Positions 57,085 through 64,000 of a DNA stretch of 64,000 nt are shown piece after piece. The notes under the pieces are model-generated. The model was not told the origin of the DNA. It made no database searches and worked only from the letters and a program-made list of their open reading frames with translations. The number at the start of each line of letters is the position of its first letter. Positions within the stretch are counted from its first letter, which is position 1. The translations under genes were made by a program, and so were the position numbers. Where the stretch lies: contig CAVVPN010000004.1 of assembly GCA_963750165.1 (NCBI GenBank), positions 160,001 through 224,000 on the forward strand. Direction: 5' to 3'. This DNA is from an uncultured Gemmataceae bacterium. GTDB taxonomy: Bacteria; Planctomycetota; Planctomycetia; Gemmatales; Gemmataceae.

Positions 57085-57310
57085 GCCTTGTCTCCCGGCG
57101 GCTCACTTCAGCCCCGTTGTGGCCTGGTCTCCGGACCAGGCCACTCTGCCCGACCGAAGGTCTCCCCGCTTCACCAAAAAGGAGACCTTCGGTCCACGCC
57201 CGTGGCACGGTCGGGAGACCGTGCCACAACGGGGGTCGGGAGACCGTGCCACAACGGGGGAAACCGTGCCACAACGGGTTGGCCTTGTCTCCCGGCGGCT
57301 CACTTCAGCC
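57085..57310. mobile_element. BIME-like REP cluster (57114..57281) flanked by a 29-bp direct repeat
   Basis: GCCTTGTCTCCCGGCGGCTCACTTCAGCC at 57085..57113 and 57282..57310. The interior has GTGG-type palindromes and three ACCGTGCCACAACGGG units. Confidence 0.75.
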
Positions 57311-58940
57311 ACAACTCTTCCTCTGGCTGCACCCAGTCGCCGTCGTCCCACTGCCAGACGCTGATGCCCGGTCCCCACTTCTCGTTGGCCGGCCGCAGCC
57401 AGAGCACGTACTCGCCGGTGCCGTGGCGGCGCTCGCCGTCAGCGCCGAACAGCGCCGCCGCGCCCGGCGGTCCAACGCGCGTGCCGGTCCAACTCACCTG
57501 TTTCAGCCGCTCCAGCGTCGTATCGGCGCCCAGCAGTCGGCCGTCCTGGTGGGCGGCCAGCAGCACGCTCTCCAGCACGTCGCGGTGCAGCAGCAGGTCG
57601 TCGGTGCCGGTGCTGGAGGGGTCCGACTCGTCGGTCTTCTGTTCGCGGAAGCCGGCCTCAGCGTCCACCGGGTTGCGATGGGCGAACAGCACCAGCGACA
57701 CATTCAGATCGTTCGGGTTCCAGGTGATGCGGCGGTCGCGGTAGATGTTGTTGAAGCTGATCGAGTCGCCGCTGACCACGACCAGGTTGCGGCGGCCGCT
57801 CCGCGTCAGGTGTGGCACGACCGCCCGCAGCCAGCGCTGCGCCCGCTGCGCGGCCGTGGGCAGCGCGACGATCTGCAACTGGTCCTTGTGCCGGTCGTTC
57901 TCCTCGTTGAATTCGCGGATGGTGGCCCGCTCCGGCACGTTGGGCAGGAAGTTGTCGCCGGTGCTGAAGGTGACGCGGTAGGGGAACATATCCTGGAACT
58001 GCTCGCCAACCGGAGTGCGGCGCAGCCGCCGCAGGAATGCCCGGGCGAAGCGGCGCGTCAGATCCACGGAGTAGCGGTCGTCGTCCCAGGAGACGGTGTG
58101 CAGGATGGGCTGCCGCAACCGGTCCACCACCATCTGCAGGCAGCCGGGGCCGCCGGGGCTGCCCGTGGCCGCGACCGCCCCCGCCAGCGAAGCCACCTCC
58201 CGGCTACGGCGCGGCAGCGGCGGCCACAGCGCCGGAGTGTCCTCCACGAAGTCGAGGACCACCTCGGCCATGCGGCTGTTGGTGAAGGCGTAGCGGAAAC
58301 TGCGGCCGCGGTAGACCTCGATGAGTCGCCGGTAGCCCGGGGTGGTCTCGTCATCGTCCCCGGCGAAGTTGGTTTGGTCGTCCGGGGCGAAGCCGTCGGC
58401 GGTGGCGGTGGTGATGAGGAACAGCGGATCGGGGCCGCGCCAGTGGCCGCGCTGCCGTTCCAGCGCCTCGGCCAGGTGCAGGGCGGTGCGACTGCTGTCG
58501 CCGCCGAGGACCGCCAGCGGCGGCCGGCGCCGGTTGGCCAGCTCCTCGACCCAGCGGGCCGCGTCCGCCTCGCTGCTGAGCTTGTACCAGCGCACCCACA
58601 GCCGCGGGCCGTTCGCGCCGCCCAGGCCCAGCGACACCTCGGGCACGTCGGCGGTCAGCCGGTCGAAGGCCGCGTCCTTGTTGACGTGCAGCCGGCGGGG
58701 CTGGCGGTTCAGGCTCGGCCACTCGCGCTCCAGAGCGTCCACGGCGGCGATGAAGCGCTCCCAGGTGTCGCCGGCAGTGGCGGGCAACAGGAAGGCGATT
58801 TCCTGATCGCCGGCCGGCACCTCCTTGACCTTGACGACCGTGCCGCCGCCGAGCAGGCCGTAGCTGAGCAACGTCAAATACGCGGCGAAGGCGACCAGGC
58901 CGGTCAGTCCGACGCCGAAGAAAACGCGGAAGTAGCGCAT
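57300..58940 (-). CDS. Membrane-anchored extracytoplasmic hypothetical protein (possibly periplasmic-binding-protein type I-like)
   Basis: N-terminal TM MRYFRVFFGVGLTGLVAF; AVLGGDSS..A, LFLITTATAD and SFRYAFTN echo type-I PBP motifs; co-oriented upstream of the kinase. Confidence 0.6.
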   Translation of the reverse strand: MRYFRVFFGVGLTGLVAFAAYLTLLSYGLLGGGTVVKVKEVPAGDQEIAFLLPATAGDTWERFIAAVDALEREWPSLNRQPRRLHVNKDAAFDRLTADVPEVSLGLGGANGPRLWVRWYKLSSEADAARWVEELANRRRPPLAVLGGDSSRTALHLAEALERQRGHWRGPDPLFLITTATADGFAPDDQTNFAGDDDETTPGYRRLIEVYRGRSFRYAFTNSRMAEVVLDFVEDTPALWPPLPRRSREVASLAGAVAATGSPGGPGCLQMVVDRLRQPILHTVSWDDDRYSVDLTRRFARAFLRRLRRTPVGEQFQDMFPYRVTFSTGDNFLPNVPERATIREFNEENDRHKDQLQIVALPTAAQRAQRWLRAVVPHLTRSGRRNLVVVSGDSISFNNIYRDRRITWNPNDLNVSLVLFAHRNPVDAEAGFREQKTDESDPSSTGTDDLLLHRDVLESVLLAAHQDGRLLGADTTLERLKQVSWTGTRVGPPGAAALFGADGERRHGTGEYVLWLRPANEKWGPGISVWQWDDGDWVQPEEELWLK

Positions 58941-59018
58941 GCAACGACCCCTGTGGACACCAACCCCCCCGCCCCTATCATACGCGGCGCCGGCGAAAAC
59001 TTGCACGGAGACGCTGTC

Positions 59019-60308
59019 ATGCACATCCTCGGGCTCGACGTGGGCACCTCGTCCGTCAAGGCGGCCGTGCTGGACGTGGCCGCGGGCCGGCCGGTTGGCC
59101 CGGTGAGCCATGTCCATTACGACCTCGACCACCCGGAGCCGGACGCGGAGGAGGTGCCGGCCGAGCGGCTGTGGCAGGCGGTGGCGGCCGCGGCCCGGCA
59201 GGCGGCGCGCGGCCAGGGCGTCGAGGGCGTCGGCCTGTCGGTGATGACGCCGGCGCTGGTGCTGGTGGACGCGGACGAGCGGCCGCTGGCGCCGATCTGG
59301 ACGCACCTCGACCGGCGTTCGCGGATGTCAGCGCGGCAGGTGTGGGGCGCCTATGGGCCGGAGTTTCTGGCGACGGTCGGCAACCGGCCGCTGCCGGGTG
59401 GCATCAGTGCGGTGTGTTTCAAGCAGATGCTGGTGCAAGACCCGTACCTGCTGCACGACATCAAACATTACCTGCACGTCAACGGCTGGCTGGCGCTGCG
59501 CATGACCGGCGCGTGCGCCTGCGACCCGGCCAACGCCTCGTTCACGGGGCTGTTCAACACCGCGACGGATCGGCAGTGGTCGCGGCGCTGGTGTGACTAT
59601 TTCGAGGTTGATCCGGCCTGGCTGCCGCCGGTGGTGGACGGCACGACGACGGTGGGAGCGCTGCGCTCGGCGGCGGCGGCGGACCTGGGGGTGCCGCCGG
59701 GCGTGCCGGTGAAGCTCGGCACCGCGGACACCACCTGTGCCATGCTCGCGGCCGGCATGACACGCGATGATTTGCTGCACGTGGTCGGCACCACGCAAGT
59801 GCTGGCGGTGCTGACGGATCAGCCGCGGCCCGACGCGCGGCGGCTGACGCGGCTGATGGGCGTCGGTGGCGGCTACGTGCAGGTGACGCACAACCCGGTC
59901 GGCGGTGTGGCCCTGGACTGGCTGCACCGGCTGTGCTTCCGTGAGCAGTCGGCGGCGGAGTTCTTTCACCAGACGATCATCGAGGCGCAGAAGCGGCGCA
60001 CGCGCGTGGCGCTGGACCCGGCGTACCTGGGCGGCGACCGGCTGGAGATCGAGGCGCATCGGGCCGCCTTCCGTGAACTGACGCTGGAGACCGATCGACT
60101 GGATCTGCTGGCGGCGGTGCTGCGCGCGCTGGCAGAACAGCACGCGCGCGCGCTGGCGGCGCTGGGGCCGCGCACGGTGCGGCGCGTGTTCCTGACCGGC
60201 GGCGGCGCGGAGCTGGTGCGGCGGCTGATCCCGGCGTACGCCACGGCGGACCTTCACGAGCTGGACGAGGGCTCGCTGCGCGGCGTCGCGGCGCTGTTCC
60301 GCAGCTAA
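59019..60308 (+). CDS. FGGY family carbohydrate kinase (xylulokinase/gluconokinase-like)
   Basis: LGLDVGTSSVKA, DPANASFTG, GTADT, VVGTT, LTGGGA. Confidence 0.88.
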   Translation: MHILGLDVGTSSVKAAVLDVAAGRPVGPVSHVHYDLDHPEPDAEEVPAERLWQAVAAAARQAARGQGVEGVGLSVMTPALVLVDADERPLAPIWTHLDRRSRMSARQVWGAYGPEFLATVGNRPLPGGISAVCFKQMLVQDPYLLHDIKHYLHVNGWLALRMTGACACDPANASFTGLFNTATDRQWSRRWCDYFEVDPAWLPPVVDGTTTVGALRSAAAADLGVPPGVPVKLGTADTTCAMLAAGMTRDDLLHVVGTTQVLAVLTDQPRPDARRLTRLMGVGGGYVQVTHNPVGGVALDWLHRLCFREQSAAEFFHQTIIEAQKRRTRVALDPAYLGGDRLEIEAHRAAFRELTLETDRLDLLAAVLRALAEQHARALAALGPRTVRRVFLTGGGAELVRRLIPAYATADLHELDEGSLRGVAALFRS

Positions 60309-60469
60309 CGTTGCGGCCGGCCGGTGTTGGTCGGGGCGGAGGTCGCCTCGCCCTCCGGCTACCTGCTCAGCCCCGAGGACCACCGCGCTGCCGACACCTG
60401 GGGCGTGCGCTTGCTGGAGTTGACCGAGCGCGGCTTCGCCCCCCAGGCCACCAGCGCCGACGCCGCCAC

Positions 60470-62176
60470 TCACTTGCCCTGCTCGTACACCACCTTGCCG
60501 CCGACCATCGTTAACAGCACCGCCGCCGCCGCGATGTGGTCGCGCTCCGCCGCCGCCAAAATGTCGCGCGACAGCACCACCAAATCCGCCAGTTTGCCGA
60601 CCTCCAGCGAGCCGCGCTCCTTCTCCTGGTGGGCCGCATACGCCGCCGTCAGCGTGTAGCCCTCGACCGCCTCCGCGACGGTGATGCGCTGCTCGGGGAA
60701 CCAGCCGTTGGGGTACTTGCCGTCCAGCGTCCGCCGGTTGACCGCGGCGTCGATGCCGAGCAACGGGTTCGGCGGCGCCACCGGCCAGTCCGAGCCGAAC
60801 GCCACCTTCGCCCGCGCGTCCAGCAGCGACCGCAGCGCGTACGACGACGCACACCGCTTCGCTCCGATCCGCCCCTCCGCCCAGCGGCCGTCGTCGATGA
60901 TGTGGTACGGCTGCATCGACGCGATCACGCCCAGCTCCGCGAAGCGCTTGTAATCCACCGGCCGCAGGTGCTGCGCGTGCTCGACGCGGAAGCGGCGGTC
61001 GCGCGGCCCGTTCTGCTTGATGACCTCCGCGAAAATGTCCAGCAGTTCCGCGTTGCCGCGGTCGCCGATGGCGTGGACCGCCACGCCCAGCCCCGCCCTG
61101 TCCGCGGCCAAAATGTCCTCCAGCAGCTTCGACCGCGGCCGCACGTAGATGCCGGTGCTGTTCGGCTCGTTCAGGTACGGCTCGAACATCTTCGCGGTGC
61201 TGGAGCCCAGCGAGCCGTCGATGAAGTCCTTCAACACGCCGATTTGCAGCAGCAGGTCGCCGAACCCCAGCATCACGCCGAGGTCCGCCAGCGCCCGCCA
61301 CGCCGCCAGCGGCCAGTGCAGCCGCACCCGGCACGTCAACTTGCCGGAGCTTTTCAGCTGCTGGTACACGCGGAACAACGTCCGCCGCGTCGCGGCGCCG
61401 TTGCCGTCCATGTCCTGCACGCTGGTGATGCCGTTGCGGCGCAACTCCGCCAACGATGCCAGCACCGCGGCGCGGATTTCGTCCGCGGCCGGCGGCGGCA
61501 CCAGCACGCTGACCAGGCCCATCGCGTTGTCGCGCAGCAGGCCCGTCGGCTGCTTCGTCTTCGGGTCGCGGTAGATGACGCCGCCGCTCGGGTCCTTCGT
61601 CGCCGCGGTGATGCCGGCCAGCTGCAGCGCCTTCGTGTTCGCCACTGCCATGTGGCCGTCGTAGCGGCGCAGGAACAGCGGCCGGTTCGCCACGTATTTG
61701 TCCAGCAGCGCCGCGGTCGGCAGCTTGCCGCTGAAGGTGCGGTCGTGGTCCCAGTCGCCGCTCAGCAGCCAGCGGCCCGGCGGCAACTTCGCCGCGTGGG
61801 CCTTCAGCCGCTTGCCGAACTCGGCCTCATCCTTCGCGTCCTTCAGCGACACGCGGCTGAGTTGCAGGCCGCCGCTGAGCAGGTGCAAATGGCTGTCGTG
61901 GAAGCCGGGCACGACGCGGCGCTGCTTGAGGTCCAGGAATTTCGTGTTCGGCCCAGCCAGCTTCAGCACCTCGAGATACTTGCCGACGGCGACGATACGC
62001 GCGCCGCGGATCGCCAGCGCTTCGGCCTGGGGCTGTTGCTTGTTGACCGTCCAGATTTTGCCGTTTTTGAGGATGAGGTCCGCCGCCACCGGGGCCGGGG
62101 CGTCCTGGGCAAACACGGTCGTGGGAACCGTGAAGAACAGGCAAAGAAAAATCAGCGGCGCCGGGGTGGATTTCAT
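60470..62176 (-). CDS. Exported amidohydrolase (YtcJ-like, amidohydro_3)
   Basis: Signal peptide; PGFHDSHLH, DGSLGS, VHAIGDRG, RVEHAQ, FGSDWPV, GSLEVGKLAD. Confidence 0.9.
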   Translation of the reverse strand: MKSTPAPLIFLCLFFTVPTTVFAQDAPAPVAADLILKNGKIWTVNKQQPQAEALAIRGARIVAVGKYLEVLKLAGPNTKFLDLKQRRVVPGFHDSHLHLLSGGLQLSRVSLKDAKDEAEFGKRLKAHAAKLPPGRWLLSGDWDHDRTFSGKLPTAALLDKYVANRPLFLRRYDGHMAVANTKALQLAGITAATKDPSGGVIYRDPKTKQPTGLLRDNAMGLVSVLVPPPAADEIRAAVLASLAELRRNGITSVQDMDGNGAATRRTLFRVYQQLKSSGKLTCRVRLHWPLAAWRALADLGVMLGFGDLLLQIGVLKDFIDGSLGSSTAKMFEPYLNEPNSTGIYVRPRSKLLEDILAADRAGLGVAVHAIGDRGNAELLDIFAEVIKQNGPRDRRFRVEHAQHLRPVDYKRFAELGVIASMQPYHIIDDGRWAEGRIGAKRCASSYALRSLLDARAKVAFGSDWPVAPPNPLLGIDAAVNRRTLDGKYPNGWFPEQRITVAEAVEGYTLTAAYAAHQEKERGSLEVGKLADLVVLSRDILAAAERDHIAAAAVLLTMVGGKVVYEQGK

Positions 62177-62364
62177 GCTGGATCCTCAGGCAATTGCAGG
62201 GGTTGGGGCGAAAAAATCTCGGCCTTGTGGGGCGGCGCGGACAGGCGTTATACTCCGCTCGACCGAGGATAACCGACTCGCTCCTCGGGGTCAAATGGCG
62301 AGGATTTTCGCCCGCCACACCACTGCGTGAGCATGAGGCTCGCGCCCGTTGCCAAGGAGGGGAA

Positions 62365-63123
62365 ATGATGGCCCACCACACGCGGCCGCTGATCGGCATC
62401 AACGCCGACTACGTGCCCGCCGGCAAGAACACCCGCGCGCACCTGCGGCTGCCGGTCGGCTACTTCGAGGCCGTGCTCACCGCCGGCGGCCTGCCGATCA
62501 TCATGCCGCTGTTCGGCAAGGAGCCGGAGATCGACGCCTTCCTTGACCGCGTGGACGGGTTCGTGCTCACCGGCGGCCTGGACCTGGACCCGCGCCGCTA
62601 CGGTCAGGCGACGCACCCGGCGGTGCAGCCGATGCCCGAGCGCCGCGATGACCACGACCGCATCCTCGTCCGCCGTCTGGTGCAGCGCCAGGTGCCGCTG
62701 CTGGCGGTCGGCCTGGGCATGCAGCAGCTCAACGTCGCCTGTGGCGGCAGTCTGTTCCTGCACCTGCCGGAGGAGCAGCCACGGGCGCTGCCGCACTGCG
62801 ACCCCTCGTGCAGCGGCCCGCACCGCCACGCCGTCCTCCTCGAAGCCGGCTCGCGCATCGACGAGATTTACGGCGGCGGCGAAATCCGCGTCAACAGCGC
62901 GCACCACCAGGCGGTCAAGCAGGTCGGCACCCGGCTGCGCGTCGGGGCGCTGGCGCCGGACGGTGTGATCGAGGCCATTGAATCGGTGGACCCGAACTGG
63001 TTCTGCGTCGGCGTGCAGTGGCACCCCGAGTCGGAGACCGCCTCGGCGCTGGACATGCAGTTGTTCGAGTGCTTCATCCAGGCGTGCCTGCGCCAGGCGC
63101 AGCCGCTGGAGATGGCGGCTTAA
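62365..63123 (+). CDS. Peptidase C26 / gamma-glutamyl-GABA hydrolase-like protein lacking the catalytic Cys
   Basis: RPLIGIN, LTGGLDLDP, VNSAHHQAV, APDGVIEA, GVQWHPE; the nucleophile elbow reads LAVGLGMQ. Confidence 0.85.
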   Translation: MMAHHTRPLIGINADYVPAGKNTRAHLRLPVGYFEAVLTAGGLPIIMPLFGKEPEIDAFLDRVDGFVLTGGLDLDPRRYGQATHPAVQPMPERRDDHDRILVRRLVQRQVPLLAVGLGMQQLNVACGGSLFLHLPEEQPRALPHCDPSCSGPHRHAVLLEAGSRIDEIYGGGEIRVNSAHHQAVKQVGTRLRVGALAPDGVIEAIESVDPNWFCVGVQWHPESETASALDMQLFECFIQACLRQAQPLEMAA

Positions 63124-63127
63124 CAAA

Positions 63128-63205
63128 GATGAGGGGGTGAGGGGGTGAAAAACCCTGGCTCACCCGGTCACCCCCTCACCCCCTCACCCCCTCACCCCCC
63201 TCATC
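63128..63205. repeat. Inverted octamer tandem repeat (GAGGGGGT)n ... (TCACCCCC)n
   Basis: Read directly between the C26-like and anmK-like genes. Confidence 0.75.
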
Positions 63206-63208
63206 GAA

Positions 63209-64000
63209 ATGACTCGTCGCTGGATCATCGGCCTGGCGTCCGGCTCCACGGTGGACGGCGTGGACGCCGCCCTGCTGGAACTCGACGGCGTCGGCCTCGA
63301 CCTGCGCCTCCGGCCGCTGCACACCCTGCACCTGCCCTACCCGCGCGACCTGCGCGAACTGCTGCTGCGCGTCGGCCACGCGGAGCAGTCGAGCGTTCGG
63401 CAATCGAGTCTGCTACACCGGTTGCTCGGCGAGACCTTCGCCGCGGCCGCCCGCCAGGTCGCCGACCAGGCCAGCTTCAGCCTGCAAAAAGTCCAGTGCG
63501 TCGGCTGCCCCGGTCACACCGTCTGGCACGAACCGGAGGGCCGCTACCCGTCCACGCTGCCGCTCGGCATGGCTGCGGTCGTCGCCGAGCGCACCGGCCT
63601 GACGGTGGTCAGCGACTTCCGCGCCCGCGACGTGGCGGCGGGCGGCCAGGGTGTGCCGCTCTGCGCGCTGGTCGATTATCTGCTGTTCCGCGACGCTGGC
63701 GAGCATCGGTTGCTACTGCACCTGGGCGGTCTGACGACGGCAGTGTTCCTGCCGGCGGCCGGTTCGCCACGGCAGGTGCTCGGCTTCCAGGCGGGGCCGT
63801 GCAACGTGCTGCTCGACGGCCTCATCCGCGCCCTGACCGCCGGCCGCGAGATGTTTGACGCTGGCGGCAAGCACGCGGTGCAGGGTTGCTGCATTGAGGA
63901 GTTACTGGAGCGCTGGCTGGCGCACCCGCTGTTGCAGCGACGGGCGCCGTGCAGTCTGCCGCCGCAGGGCTTCGGTGACGGCTTCGTGCGGCAGACGCTC
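63209..64000 (+). CDS. anmK: Anhydro-N-acetylmuramic acid kinase-like protein, divergent (partial)
   Basis: Manual translation: IIGLASGSTVDGVDAAL, GHTVWHEP, VVSDFRARDVAAGGQGVPL, HLGGL, AGPCNVLLD, FDAGGKHA. Confidence 0.85.
   Translation, partial: MTRRWIIGLASGSTVDGVDAALLELDGVGLDLRLRPLHTLHLPYPRDLRELLLRVGHAEQSSVRQSSLLHRLLGETFAAAARQVADQASFSLQKVQCVGCPGHTVWHEPEGRYPSTLPLGMAAVVAERTGLTVVSDFRARDVAAGGQGVPLCALVDYLLFRDAGEHRLLLHLGGLTTAVFLPAAGSPRQVLGFQAGPCNVLLDGLIRALTAGREMFDAGGKHAVQGCCIEELLERWLAHPLLQRRAPCSLPPQGFGDGFVRQTL

Noticed and set aside
57205..57278. Three ACCGTGCCACAACGGG units as a mini-CRISPR
   Set aside because: Gaps are only a few bases and not spacer-like; they are part of a REP cluster.
56874..59018. 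1144-aa ORF suggesting a giant FGGY kinase fusion
   Set aside because: The upstream part is antisense to real minus-strand genes. The kinase motifs begin at ATG 59019 after a GGAG RBS.

Overview
High-GC bacterial chromosomal window. It is most consistent with a Planctomycete of the Gemmataceae type, based on a TIGR03067 protein, a Gemmata-style ECF sigma fragment, YdjY/FG-GAP/TPR exported proteins and a Gld-like ABC with DUF4340. Housekeeping genes include fliA-type sigma, tRNA-fMet, panC, mgtE, def-fmt-rsmB, miaB, glnE and an anmK-like gene. Accessory modules are a sigma54-driven USP/site-2 protease/STAS/ClC stress cluster, an operon of five exported proteins (giant TPR, FG-GAP, PQQ-like propeller, YdjY-like, Pro-rich lipoprotein), a GldA/F/G-DUF4340-like ABC system with extra membrane domains, and a histidine kinase with a periplasmic partner. 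No CRISPR, integrase or transposase was seen. Intergenic DNA is rich in several families of REP-like palindromes. Two palindromes are translated in frame inside glnE, and one REP cluster is flanked by a 29-bp direct duplication. An adjacent C26 hydrolase-like and AnmK-like pair both appear to lack catalytic residues. About eight single-base frameshifts in otherwise intact genes are probably assembly errors. All product calls come from reading motifs by eye, not from database searches.
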